Below are positions 11,433-25,391 of a DNA stretch of 64,000 nt, piece after piece. The number at the start of each line of letters is the position of its first letter. Position 1 is the stretch's first letter. This stretch comes from Squalus acanthias (Eukaryota): NCBI GenBank assembly GCA_030390025.1, contig CM059430.1, positions 52,080,001-52,144,000 of the forward strand. Reading direction: 5' to 3'. Under the pieces are notes generated by a model. The model did no database searches. It was not told the DNA's origin and worked only from the letters and a program-made list of their open reading frames with translations. The translations under genes were made by a program, and so were the position numbers.

Positions 11433-14400
11433 AAAGTGGGGAGTATGGCAAACTTTGATCGAGGATAATGATACGAAACTGAAGGAGGACAAAGGCTAAC
11501 AAGAGGGGCAGATAGATGACACATGGAGTTCAATGTAGAGAAACGTGAAGTAGTACATTTTGGAAGTATAAAATAATATATTTTGGAAGCAAGAATAATG
11601 GTGAGAAACACACCTTAAGTACGAGCCCATTCATTATAGGAAGGATATAAAAGCAAATGAAAAACGTGTAGTGCAGATTGACTAAGACATTACCAGGGTT
11701 GAAGGGTTACAGTTATGAAGAGAGACACAAAAAGTAAGCCTTTTTTCCTGGAGCCGAGAAGATTAAAAAGGTGCCCTGATAGTATAATAGTGATAGAATT
11801 TTCCATCGCTTGGTGAGATGGTAACAAGACAGCACAAATTTAAGAACTAAAGGTGAGGTTAGAAACACTTAAAAAAAAGGGTCATTAAAATGTGAAATTC
11901 TTTGCCACTAACCGTTGCCGAAGCAGAATCTGTATGTACTTTTACAAGGGAATTCGTTGTGTGAAAAAGAGCAATGTTAAAGGATACGGGGAGCGAGCAG
12001 AGTATGGGATTAGAGTCGGTGGTTCATGTGGAGAAAAACATTGATGCAGAATTGATGAGCCAAATGGACTGTTTGAGCTGTAACTTTCTATGGTTCTATG
12101 AAACCAATATGAGCTAATGAATAGTTTATTTGTATTCATCATCTCTATTTTAATATTTATTCACCCTCAATTAGTTATCCCATGTGCCAGCTATGCAGTA
12201 GAGGCAAATAGATCATCAGTTCCCAGGCCTCTGCCAGTGCCATTCTGGAGTTGGAAACTGGAAAGGCGGCAGCAAGGGATGACTTATCCTTGGATTTCTA
12301 CTCCTTGTCTGTGGAAAAACATTTCCTTCTCCTCATTCCCCTACCTTCTGCCCTGCCCCACAACACAGCTGGGACTTGGAGCTCATGGGATGAAAAGAAA
12401 TAAGGCATAAATCCACATCCAATGACTTATGTTACAGTTCATTAACACTTCAACACACTGTGCCAGCATACCATCTCTTTCTGGATGTTTAACTTGTTTG
12501 AGGTCAAATCTTCTGCACACCGAGAGTACTTGTTCAGTTCCTCAATGTACTACTTCACACCAGTGAAGACATTCGCAAAAGTTCTTCCAACAATTTTAAG
12601 CCCAAATGCAACATTTGTTGAATAATTTAGACATTGAACCAAAGGAGGAGACAGGTTTGAATTGTCCTTTTGCTCATTAGAAGAGCCCTCATTATTTTGA
12701 TAGGCCCGATTCCCTCATGAAGTTCGAGTCTTTACTATTCGTGACACACTCTCTATAAATTGTTTAGATATTGGCATAGGAATTCTTAACACATGCATAG
12801 GACATTGTTCTGTTTGAGATTGTAAAGGATTAACTAATTTAAACTGAACAAACTAATGTGGCCATTAAAATAGTGAACTCATTAAGTTTTTGTCTGCTAT
12901 TATCATAGACAGTAACTTCTAGGCTTCCATTATTAGTGTGCCGCTGTTTCTATTAGTGGTAGGTCTCCATCCATCTTATCTCACACCCATAGGGAAAGCA
13001 GTCACTGCACAGTGAACATCCCAATATCCTTGCCGTCTACCTCACCAAAAGGTGAAGCATTCCTGAGATTGATGAACAGCCTAGCCAAATTAGAATAGCT
13101 TTATGCTTGAGTTTTTGTATTTCTTAAACAAAAGCTTTATATTGAAGTCCTTTAAGTATTTTCTTCCCATAGGACGGGAGAACACAAGAAAGCATGGACT
13201 GAGAAAGAGTCTGCTCCTTCCACAGGTAATGTACGATCTACCCGGTCATGTACTCTACCCCATCCATTTAACCCACTGAGGGAAAGTTCTGCCTGAAAGT
13301 ACTCATTGCTCCCCAAAGGTAATGAAGCAAAATGACCAAATATTTAAACTACAACCCACAGATAACATTCTGCCACCCCTGCCACAGTTACACAAACCAA
13401 TGTGTCCCATGCAGTTGCTGATCATCCAATCCTGCTCCCACTCAGATATTTCTCTAACCTTTTTTGAAAGAACTCATCAACAGAGCCACAGCAGCTGAGC
13501 CAATGAATAGGCTATCTAATATTCGGTGAGAAAAAACTTATATCTAACTTGAGGCTTAACTCATCTCCTCTGGCTCTGTGCTAGCAATCCAAGTAAAATA
13601 ATTACTTCTACGTCATTTATGGCTGTCAGCAGTTTAAAGACTTGTATCATGTCTCCCTTTAATCTTCTAGAAGAAGAATTTTTTATCTCTGAAAAATTCT
13701 CCTTATAAAAAGAGACCCAAATCCCATCATCTTCGCCGTTACTCTCCCCTGATTCGGTTCAATGCAACAATGAAGATAGGGTGCTCAAAATTGTGCACAA
13801 TATTCCAAAGTTAAAAGGGACCTGTGAGCCAGTAATTTATCCATTCCTACATTTGGGAAGTGAGGAGAAAAAATTGCAATTAAAACATCGATACTTTAAA
13901 AAGTATTTATATATTTTTTTAATTAATACTTCAGGCTCTGCTGTGTTACAGTTAACACACGAATAGGATAGTTCAGTAAAACACAAGACAGGCCTGTTGT
14001 GAGCAAGCTCAGAAGATAACGAGGTGTGACTGTCATGCAATGGACTCAAAGGTCTGCATGAACCTCACTGAAGACTCTCCACACTCGCCACTGCATATAA
14101 TTACTCCGGTGTCTCAGTCTGGTCAGATAGGCTCAGGCATGTACCTCTTACAAAAGCATCAATGCAAGATGATTTGATGGAAATTATAAAAATATTTAAC
14201 TACAGGGAAAGATAAAGTAAACAGGATTGGGCGGATTGCAAGCCAACCAGCTGCACACAGCGTGCCCTGACTTATACACAAGCACTATGCTGTGAGCTTG
14301 TAGCTAGCACGTCACTACCTCATCCACTCAGCTTGATAAAGCAGGAACCTAGTAATTAAGCAGAAAAACAATGATCATTTACATTTGATCACTTATGGCT

Positions 14401-14810
14401 GGGGGACATTATAAAACAGACTGGCCTGTGCATGTTTGCCCGTACATCTGTATGGAACGTTTTGTTGTGGGAGAGACACCTTCATTTGTTTTTAAACTTC
14501 TATTTTCCTGTTTCTCATTGTCTTTTATCTCTTCCTTAACTTATTTTGTATTTCTCCTTTCTTGCACTTGGATCAGTTTCAATCTTTTGTATTTACTGTT
14601 TTATTGAACTTTTTTTACTCTGCTACTTCAAGGTTTTCAACCCTCTTTTATCATCACTTCAGCTCTTGTTTTCACACATGCTAAAGATATTTTTAGGGCT
14701 CTTATGAGCACATCAGAGCAAGTTGAAGTACAGAGAGAAAGGTCTACACAGAAAAGAATGCACAGAATAGGTGGCTGTTGGGTGTATATTATATACACAC
14801 GTACACACAT

Positions 14811-16110
14811 TTCTTTTTATTTGTTTATGAGATGTGGCCGTCGCTGGCAAAGCCAGCATTTATTGCCCATCCCTAACTGCCCTCGAGAAGGTGGTGGTGA
14901 GCCGCCTTCTTGAACCGCTGCAGTCCGTGTGGTGAAGGTACTCCCACAGTGCTGTCAAGGAGGGAGTTCCAGGATTTTGACCCAGCGACGATGAAGGATC
15001 GGCGATATACTTCTAAGTCAGGATGGTGTGTGACTTGGAGGGGAACTTGGAGGTGGTGGTGTTCCCATGCGCCTGCTGCACTTGTCCTTCTAGGTGGAAG
15101 AGGTTGCGGGTTTGGGAGGTGCTGCCGAAGAAGCCTTGGCGAGTTGCTGCAGTGCATCTTGTAGATGGTACACACTGCAGCCACGGTACGCCGGTGGTGG
15201 AGGGAGTGAATGTTTAAGGTAGTGGATGGGGTGCCAATCAAGCGGGCTGCTTTGTCCTGGATGGTGTCGAGCTTCTTGAGTGTTGTTGGAGCTGCACTCA
15301 TCCAGGCAAGTGGAGAGTATTCCATCACACTCCTTACTTGTGCCTTGTAGATGGTGGAAAGGCTTTGGGGAGTCAGGAGGTGAGACACTCGCCGCAGAAT
15401 ACCTAGCCTCTGACCTGCTCTTGTTGCCACAGTATTTATGTGGCTGGTCCAGTTAAGTTTCTGGTTAATGGTGACCCCCAGGATGTTGATAGTGGGGGAT
15501 TCGGCGATGGTAATACCATTGAATGTCAAGGGGAGGTGGTTAGACTCTCGCTTGTTGGAGATAGTCATTGCCTGACATTTCTGTGGCGCGAATGTTACCT
15601 GCCACTTATCAGCCCAAGCCTGAACGTCGTCCAGGTCTTGTTGCATGCGGGCATGGATTGCTTCATTATCTGAGGAGTTGTGAATGGCGCTGAACACTGC
15701 AGTCATCAGCGAACAACCCCGTTTCTGACCTTACGTTGGAGGGAAGATCATTGATGAAGTAGCTGAAGATGGTTGGGCCTAGGACACTGCCCTGAGGAAC
15801 TCCTGCAGTGATGTCCTGGGGCTGTGATGATTGACCTTCAACCACCACAACCATCTTCCGTTGTGCTAGGTATGACTCCAGCCAGTGGAGCATTTCCCCC
15901 CCCCGCCACCCCGATTCCCATTGACTTCAATTTTACTGGGGCTCCTTGCTGCCACACTCGGTCAAATGCTGCCTTGATGTCAAGGGCAGTCACTCTCACC
16001 TCACCTCTGGAATTCAGCTCCTTTATCATGTTTGGACCAAGGCTGTAATGAGCTCAGGAGCCGAGTGGTCCTGGCGGAACCCAATCTGGGCATCAGTGAG
16101 CTGGTTATTG
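14811..16110 (-). mobile_element. Non-LTR retrotransposon (CR1/L2 group), 5'-truncated RT and 3' tail
   Basis: ORFs 15838-16029, 15666-15893 and 14873-15706 contain ALDIKAAFDRV, GVPQGSVLGP, FADD and YKAQVRSVMEY. Tail GGCAATAAATGCTGG...CCACATC. Confidence 0.92.
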
Positions 16111-16904
16111 GCGAGTACACTATATAAAAACTCACTTTGCATCCAGATGGTGCATGCACTGTGGCAAGTTTTAAATGTTAGTTTTGCAGGGGGATTACAA
16201 CAGGCCACATATAGCCCTGAACAAAAAAAAAAAATGCAGCGTGAAGCTCTCTATACCCTGCACCTTAACCCCAAACTCAAAGCAGCATCCTCCACTAACT
16301 GGTGTCCAAGCGTTTGGTTTTCCTGGCCTTCATAGGGACATGCCAGGGAGCCTCAGAGGCCACATTCAAAACGTTGAAATCCAAGTTCTCTTCATTTGCA
16401 TGTATCTCAAGTTGTTGCCACCGTTGAGGGGTTCTGATATAGGATCTATTCACTGCTGAGGCTACAGTGCTATACACAGCTCTTTCATATCTCCAGCCTC
16501 ACAAACAGGACAAACCAGCAACAAGAAATACAAGTGCAATATAACGGAGTTCTCAGGGTTTAGGCTGCCATTCCCGCTTTTCAGCATTCCTTGCAACATT
16601 GGATCAGGATTGCCAATATTGGGAGCAAACTCATTAGCAGACAAGAGATAATGAGGTGTGACCCTGTCATTTAATAGACTCTATCTGTAGGTTGGCGTAA
16701 ACTTCACTGAAGAAACCTCCAGACCCCACCACCCGATATGATTCGCACAATCTGTTCAATCCAAAAGACTCAGTCAGCCTTCTGTGACTACTCAAAAGTT
16801 AAGTTTCATTCATAGAAATTATTGCACCTAAAGTGCAAAATAAACAGTGCTGAATAAAGTTTTGTGCGATACACTTACAGCAACAATGAAGGGAGATGTT
16901 AGGT

Positions 16905-17323
16905 GTATGGCCGTGTAGGGGTTATGTTACTGGACTAGTAATCCAGAGGGCTAGACTAATAATCCAGGAGAACGGAAATTCAAATCCCACCACTGCAATT
17001 TGAGAATTTGAATTCAGTTTAAAAAAAAAAATCTGGAAATAAAAAGCTCGTATTAGTAACAGTGATCACAAAGCTGCCGGATTATTGTAAAAACCCAACT
17101 GGTGTCATTAATCTCCTTCAGGGAAGGAAACCTGCCGTCCTTACCCAGTCTGGCCTATATGTGACTCATACCCCACACGAACGTGCTTGGCTCTTGACTG
17201 CCCTAGCAAGCCACTCAGCTGCATCAAACTGCCTCAAGACGACTCACCACCACCTCAGGGGATGGGCAACTAATGCTGGCTTTGCCAGCGATGCCCACAT
17301 CCTGAGAATGAACACAAAAAAAA
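16905..17323 (+). mobile_element. Near full-length tRNA-derived SINE with a LINE-derived tail
   Basis: tRNA-like head, then the tail GGGCAAC.AATGCTGGCTTTGCCAGCGATGCCCACATC shared with the LINE at 14811, then an A-rich end. Confidence 0.85.
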
Positions 17324-18268
17324 GTTGGGTTGCAATTGTCTCAGTATTATTTGATTTAGGAGGGTTACAACCATTAGAGTGACCTAAAGTTACCTGCAAT
17401 TCCAGCAATGGTTGAGCAGGTCAATGCACTATGTGCTGTGGCAGCAAAACAGGAAGCTCCCCGTTTGATACCTGGAGTGTGATCTCAGGTTGGCGACAGT
17501 GCGGGTACTCAGGGGGGTCCCCTGTTTAGAACGGGTTGACATTTGTTTTTAAAAACAAAACAAAGTCAGGGTTACTGCTCGAGTGAAGTGTGTGCATTAG
17601 GCCAGACTGCCATTCTCCAAACAGTGGAATTATTCACTCATATTCACTCTCCATCCCACCTGGACAAAAGTGTACAGGTGCCCATAGAACACTAACCCAG
17701 CAGATGCGAGATAAGGGGAGAAAAATTAGAGGGAAGAAAGGAATCACAAATTGAGCTCTTTTGTTAGAGAAGAGCAATACTTCAGAGTCGCCCCAGTGCA
17801 AGTTGAGACAAAACGGAAAATGGTTTTCACAATGGGGAGATAAGAAAAGTTCAAACTTTTAAATTGACAGATGAGGGAAGTCAAATGTAGCAACCTTCTG
17901 GTGGGGTGTTAATGCATATTGCTCACACCAAAGTTCCTGTTAAGTATGCCCCCTTTTAAAAATAGTTCACTTCTTTACCCTCCTCTAAAAAGCTAGTGAT
18001 AAATTTTGGACTGAGATGTTCGAGCCTATCATAATTGGAACACTTTGGATCGAGTTGAATTATTAGCAGTTGGGATCAATTCAGACTGCAAATGCCCTTG
18101 AATGTTCCTTGTAAGGCCAACAGGTTCTATGATCTCTGCATTGCTATACCTTAAAGATAGCAGTGGATGACCATCAGGCCTAAGATCCTGGGCCCCAATA
18201 CCCAGTGTTCCACATAATCACGACTGGTCTGACCTTGTTCATTTATATTTATTCTTCTACTTTGGAAG

Positions 18269-18430
18269 AGAACTTGCATTTATATAGCACCTTTCATGCA
18301 CTCAGGGCATCCCAAAGCGCTTTACAGCCAATGAAGTTCTTTTGAAGTGTAGTCACTGTTGTAATGTAGGAAACCTCCAGCCAATTTGCGCACAGCAAGC
18401 TCCCACAAACAGCAATGTGATAAATGATCA
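18269..18430 (-). mobile_element. Deu-domain SINE 3' fragment
   Basis: Reverse complement of the tail TGTAAAGCGCTTTGGG...GTGCTATATAAATGCAAGTT. Confidence 0.8.
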
Positions 18431-20119
18431 ATTATACTTTGTTCAAGCTGAGTTTTTCTTTTGATACTTTGAGTTGGCTGCTTTTTCACTCTCCACCTGA
18501 CTCACTGAAGGTAGTGAGGGGCAATATTTTTAGCCCTTAGAAGGTTTTGCAACAGAAAATCTTGATCAATGATCACAAATAAGAAATATAAGCGTAGGGG
18601 ATCATCTAGGCAAAAGCAATCAGAACATAATAAGGTTTAAGATAAAGATTGAGAAGGATATAAGATCAAAGTAATACATTAGAAAAAAGCTGATTTTAAG
18701 GAGAGGAGAATAGAACTAGGGAAAATAAACTGGAAAAATGTACTGACAAAAAGAAATAGTACAGCAGTGGGAAACATTTAAAAAAGTGATCATGGGGAAT
18801 TATATCGCACTAAAAAGCAAGAACAAAGGAGCCAGTATTGATATACAATCAATGAATAAAGAAATAAGGGTAAAATTGGAATGAAAGAAAAAGGCATACA
18901 TTAAGTACATAGACAACAAAAGGAGAGGATGACCTGATGGAATATAAGGTTAGGAAAGAAGTAAAAAAAAAATTAGGAAGGCAAAAAGAGAAAGTACAAA
19001 TTTAAATTATCAAGGAATATAAAAAAGAAATAGTAAAGTATTCTATAGACACAGGTTACAAAATAAAAATCAGGATATATATAAGGCCACTAAGGGATAC
19101 ACACGATAAACTCATAAGTAATGACAGCAAAATGGCAGAATTATTAAATAATTACTTTGCCTTGGTATTTACCAGGGAGACTAACATGGTGGACATGACA
19201 TTAGAAGAAGGGATCAAAAAAGTTATAAAGACATTTAAGATAGAAAGGGGGAGATAATTGATAAACTGATCAAACTTAGAGAGGATAAAACCCCTGATCC
19301 GGATGGATTGCATCCATGCATATTAAAAGAAGTTAGGGAAGAGATAGCAGAGGTACCATTATAGATATATAAAAATTCATTCAAAAAAGGGAAAAGTACT
19401 AGATGACTGGTGGACAGCTAATGTGATTCCTATATATAAAAAGGGAGATATAACAAGTTCAGGGAACTATAGATCAAATAGCATAATGTCAGCAGTAGGA
19501 AAGATAATGGAATCTATACTCAAAGATGTAATTAAAAAAAACTCTAGAAACTGAAAAGATAATAAAGAGTAGTCAGCACGGATTTCAAAAGGGAAGGTCA
19601 TGTTTGATCAAGCTTATTGAATTCTTTGAAGACGTAAAAGGGTAGGTATGGTTAGTGCAGTAGACGCAATATATTTGGATTTTCAAACGCCTTCGATAAG
19701 GTACTGCATAGTCGACTCTTGACTAAAGTCAGAATAAGTGGAGTCAGGGTACAAGTAGCAGAATGGATAGCAAGCTGGCTACAAAACAGAAAACAGAGAG
19801 TCGGGGTTAAAGGCAGTTACTCAGATTCGCAAAAGGTGGGAAGTGGTGTTCCACAGAGGTTGATGCTGGGATCACTGCTCTTCACTATTTACATAATCGA
19901 TTTGGACTTGGGATCGGAAGTACAATTTCAAAACTTGCGGATGACACCAAATTTGGGATATGGTTAATACAGAGGATGACTGCGACAAAATACAGGGAGA
20001 CATTAATAAACTTGCAGAATGGGCTTGTAATTGGCAAATTAACTTCAATATAGAGAAAAGTGTGAGGTGGTACATCTTGGTAGGAGGAATAAGGTGGCCA
20101 CATACTCCTTGGAAAATAA

Positions 20120-23100
20120 GGGGGGGGGCGGTGCGGGGTGGTTCCTGCAGCGTGGGAAACCCAGAAATAAGTGCAGCGTGTCTGTCAGTGGCTTTTTAAC
20201 CCAGCCACTGCATGTGCACCTAACTTCTGGGATTCCCAACCAACTAGGTTGAGTGGGTGTGATGACAACCGCGTGAGTTGATTTTCCACTCCAGTATTTA
20301 AAGTGACACTGCATACATGACATCTGATTGATTCTGGAGGGGGGGAGAACAAAAGAAGGGACAGGCACAATGGAGTTCCAATGATCCAGGTCTGTGCCTC
20401 GCTTTAGTGATGTCTCCCTGGATGTGCTGCAAGAGTCTACAGGGAGACACACTTTGCTACTGATGTGAAGAAGAAGCCTGCCAGTGAAAGCAAGAAGGCA
20501 TGGCTAGAGGTTGCTCATGAGGTGAGAAGCAGGAGTGTGGTGCCACGCTCCTGGATTCAGTGCCGAAAGCGGTTTAATGACCTAAGCAGGGCAGGAAAGG
20601 TGAATAAAGTGGCACATTCAACTAGATCCTGATGTGTATATCACGCCAACTGCCTTCTGAACCTTACTCCGGCACATCACTCCTCACAACAACTTACCTT
20701 GCAGGTGCACCCATCCTTCTCTGTCTGTGCACTTCCTCACATCTGTCCATCCACCACTGACACTCACCCTCATCTTTATGCAATGTCACGCCGCTCCCTC
20801 AGTCACGCTCAACAAATGCTCTCCATCCATCCGTTCAACGCATTCCATCACTCTCACTCATAGGTCTCTTCTTTCCTCCTTGCGGAAGAGAGCACAGAAC
20901 ACGAGGGAGAGGCAGAGAACTGGAGGTGGTCCTCCATCAATCTCACAATTAACATCTGCAGAGGAGGAGGTGCTGGAGATCAGCGGAGTCTCAGTATGCC
21001 TGGCCGTCTGAGATGGAAGCCTCCCAGCTACCTGGTGACAGAATTAAATATCAGACAGCCACATGGTATACAACACTCACTCATGTTGATGTGATGTCAC
21101 CAGCGAGTGAAATATGATCATGTGCATAATGATCACTTAAAACATTCTTACCTTGACAGTTCTAATTCATGTCTAATCTCACACAAGGCCTTCAAGCGTA
21201 CCCAGGAGGTGGTGCAGGAGGACGACGATGGCTCCTCAGAGGAGGTCACTCACTGAGGGTACACCATCACAGGACTCATGCGGACCATGCATCAGCTCAG
21301 ATACTCTCACTTCAGTGGGACCAGTGAGGAAGATAGTTGGGTTTTCACCTGGTGACTCACACCTCAAGTGAGCAAGAGCAGATGGCGGAGACATGGACAG
21401 CAGTGGAGAGTCCGCAGGACGCTCAAAGCTATGCGCAGCTGGACGCAGATGCTGAACCTCGGGTCGGGGGGGGGGGGGGGGGGGTCATCGACGAAGAGGA
21501 TACTTCTGGAGCAGCAGCAGAGAATGTGCGATGTACTGGCAGGCTTTCCAGCCGCACTGTGCACGCTTAGAGAGATTGGAGGAGTCCGTCTCAAGCATGA
21601 GAGGGATGATGTCACAGGCCTTTGCGATGTCTTCGTCCATGAAAAGAGTGGCCACCTGCACGGAGCATCAAACGCAGCAATCAAACGAGTGCATGCAGAC
21701 CCTCACAAATGGCTTGCACACTATGAATGCCACCTTAAATAGGATTGATGAAACCCGAGCCTTGGCTGTTTATCGCCCCACTGATCTGCAGCAAAGTGCT
21801 CTCCAGCTCATTGCTAGCTGGGAAGTGCGGGTGGGCCATGAGAGGGATGATGGTGAAAGGGGACGTGGAAGTTGTGACTCGGCTCGATGTGCTTCACTTC
21901 TCACCCGCTGCCCCCCCACAGTCTGTACCCCACATGCTGCCTCATGTCCCGATGGCCGAGTCTGCCCCTGCACAGGTGCAGGTGGAGCAGCATTTGGCGG
22001 GGCCCTCACTGGCTCCAAAACCCAGAGGACGTCAGCCAAGAGCATCTCAGCAGTCAGAGCAGAGAACTGAGCAGCCTGCCTCTACCTAGAGGAAGAGTAA
22101 AGATTTGTAGTTGCACAAGGAAATGTACATGGGTGTCTTACACAATGTTATATTGTTAAGTTTGTTTCATTTTTGAGCTACATAAATATTATTTTAAACA
22201 CGACTTTCCAGAGTTGCTCATTTTTGGTTGCTGCCTGGCAAGTGGCCTTTTCTCTTGTGATGAAAGGTAAGACAAGAATTAATACCGAGCAATGGGGGGC
22301 TGTGAAAGGGATTCTTGGTTGATTGCAGGACTGTTTTGGGGGAAAGGGTGGGGAAGTTGGTTTAGAATGTGGCTGACAGATTGGTGAACTGGTGGAGCCT
22401 ATCTGAACCTCGCAGTATGAAAGCATGCCAGGCAGCAATGTGCGCCATTGCTGGTGCATTGGCCGCATCACGTTTCTCCTGCTCCTCTGAAGAGACTCTG
22501 TGCCCTGCGTCTTGTTCCTCCTGAAGGTCCAATCCTCGCTGCTGTGCAATGTTGTGCAGAGCGCAGCACAAACATTCTGGAGACCCTGGCTGGTGCGTAT
22601 TGAAGGGGGCCTCCAGATCTGTCAAGGCGTGTGAAGCGCATCTTCAGCATGCCGATTGCTTGCTCAATGACACATCTGGTTGTCATATGGTTTTCATTGT
22701 ATCATTTGCGAAGAGTCGCAAACCTGAGCGCCTACTCATTCTGACTGGCATCATCGGTGGCAAAGTGTATATAATTGTCTGCCCTGCATCAATCACCTGT
22801 TTTATGCATTTGTGGACGGCCGACTGCAATATCTTGCAAATATCTCCAGTGGATCCCCAGCAGGAGACAGAGGCAAAAGAAGTTAAGGGCGGTGGTGACT
22901 TTGACAGCCACTGGTCCACTTGGCAGCAGGTCTTCTTCCAGCAGGCTGCAAATGTCTGCCACCACCTGACGTGAGACCCTGAGCCCCCTGCAACACTGGT
23001 GTTCAGACATGTACAGGAAGCTGATCCTCTGCCTGTACACTGTGTTGGGGTATCGCCTCCTGCAAGCTGCACCTCTCTGCTCATCCCCTCTCTCCTGTGG

Positions 23101-23667
23101 AGCATCAGGTCTGTGAGGAGCAGGCTGGTGGTCCTCCTGCTGGTCATTTTGGTCCTCATCGGAAGTCCAAAGTAAAACAGCATAAGCGGCACCCATGCTG
23201 ATCTGATCGCAGCTGCAAAGTGGAGATCAGACGTAAAAACCTCCAATGTAGTGAAACTAACCTCTCAGAACAAGTACTGTGAGCAAAAGCCTTTCACACA
23301 ATTAGGCAAGAAAGCAGCAGTGAGGTTTCAGTACTTATGGGAATTTTTGCCTGTAGTTTCTTCAGCCCCTTCAATTGCCGGTGCTCTCGCCTTGCTTTCA
23401 CTGGCGAGTTCCAGGAAGCCTGGGAAACCCATTCACCTGCAGTTAAATCCCAAAACCCATGTTAATAGCTCATTGAGAGCGATGTTAACATATTGAAATT
23501 GACAACCTGTCTCTCCCGAGGGAATTTCACGCACGCAGCCTAATGCGCTGCAGTTAAATGCGGAAGTCGGCGGGCTGGAGCCGGCTTCTTGACGCACTGT
23601 CAATTTCAGCGCTTTTAACCGCCACCCGCTCCCAAACCCACTCATCCTGCAAGTAACAATTCCCCCC
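20120..23667. mobile_element. PIF/Harbinger DNA transposon, degenerate: Myb/SANT gene on + (about 20370-22090) and transposase remnant on - (about 22380-23200), convergent
   Basis: Myb-like PRFSD..., AWLEVA...WIQCRKRFNDL and RERQRTGGG. Transposase [23 protein letters not shown] and CCALHNIA. Right end AATTCCCCCC. Confidence 0.9.
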
Positions 23668-24042
23668 AAATGTCTAAATGGGGTACAGAACCTTGGTTAG
23701 ACCACACTTGGAGTACTGTGAACTGTTCTGGTCTCCACATTATAAAAACGATTATATATATATATATGAGGCACTGGAGAAGGTGCAAAAAAGATTTACT
23801 CGAATGATATCAGAACTCAGAGGTTATACCTATCAGGAAAGATTGAACAGGCTGGGAGTCTTTTCTCCAGAAAAAGAGCAGACTGAGGGGTGACCTGATA
23901 GAGGTCTTTAAGATTATGAAAGGGTTTGATAGGGTAGATGTAGAGATGTTTCCACTTGCAGGGAGATCAGAACTCAGTGCCATAAATATAAGATAGTCAC
24001 TGATAAATCCAATAGGGAATTCAGGAGAAACTTCTTTACCCA

Positions 24043-25391
24043 AATCCAAGCCCATCTTTCCCGAACCCCATGTTTGAATCCCTACAATCAGCTTTCCTCC
24101 CCTGCCACAGTACTGAAACAGCCCTTATCAAAGTCACAAATGACATCCTATGTGACTATGACACTGAAAAGCTATCCCTCCTCGTCCTTCTCAACCTGTC
24201 TGCAGCCTTTGACATGGTTAACCACACAATCCTCCTCCAAAGCCTCTCCACCATCGTTCAGCTGGGTGGGACTGCACACGCCTGGTTCCATTCTTATCTA
24301 TCCAGTCATAGCCAGAGAATCATCTGCAGTGGCGTCTCTTCCTGCTCCCACACTGTTACCGCTAGCGTCCTCCAAGGATCTATCCTCGACCTCCCCCCAC
24401 TCCTATTTCTCATCTACATTCTGCCCCTCGGTGACATCATCCGAAAACACAGCGTCAGTTTCCACAAGTACGCCGACGACACCCAGCTCTACCTCACCAC
24501 TACCTCTCTCGACCCCTCCACGGTCTCAGATTTGTCAACATCCAGTACTGGATGAGCAGAAATTTCCGCCAACTAAATATTGGGCAGACCGAAGCCATTG
24601 TCTTTGCTCCCCGCCACAAACTTCGTTCCCTAGCCGCCGACTCCGTCACTCTCCCTGGCCACTGTCTGAGGCTGAACCAGACTGTTCGCAACCTTGGCGT
24701 CCTATCTGACCCGGAGTGGAGCTTCTGACCACAAATCCACACCATCACCAAGACCGTCTACTTCCACCGCCATAACATCGCCCGACTCCGCCCCTGCCTC
24801 AGCTCATCCGTTGAGAAAACTCTCATCTATGCCTTTGTTACTAGTCCAATGCTCTCCTGGCCAGCCTCCCATCTTTCACCCTCCAGAAACTTGAGCCCAT
24901 CCAAAACGCTGCTGCCCATATCCCATCTTGCACCAAGTTCCTTTCACCCCTCACCCTCACCTCGCTGACCTACATTGGTACCCGGTCAGGCAACGCCTCA
25001 ATTTTAAAATTCTTATCCTTGCTTCCAAATCCCTCCATTGCCTCACCCCTCCCTAGCTCTGTAACCTCCTCCAGCCCTACAACCCTTCGAGATCTCAGCG
25101 CTCTTCCAATTTTGGCCTCTTGCTCATCCCTAATTTTAATCGCTCCACCAGTGGCGGCCGTGCCTTCGGCCCCAAGCTCTGGAATTCCCTCACTAAACAT
25201 CTCCACCTCTCTCTCCCCTCCTTTAATATGCTCCTTAAAATTTACCTCTTTGCCCAAGCTTTGGGTCAACTGTGCTAATATCTCTTTATGTGGAGCAGTG
25301 TCAAATTTTATTTGATAATGCTCCTGTGAGGCAACTTGGGATATTTTGCTATATTAAAGGCGCTACATAAATGCAAGTTGCTGTTGTTGTT
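24043..25391 (+). mobile_element. L2 LINE, 5'-truncated
   Basis: HSTETALIKVTNDI, LSAAFD and YADDTQLY. L2-type tail GGCGCTACATAAATGCAAG(TTG)n. Confidence 0.92.

Larger units (their letters stand above)
10140..12100 (+). mobile_element. Old, fragmented CR1 LINE with nested L2 and SINE fragments
   Basis: Degenerate CR1 ORF2 motifs (DHNIIRF, a W.MEFNVEK.EVVHFG-like segment) and a CR1 3' tail near 12090. Confidence 0.7.

Noticed and set aside
17405-17720. Possible ancient SINE of a third family (similar hints at 29085-29165 and 51060-51170)
   Set aside because: Too diverged to delimit or name by eye.
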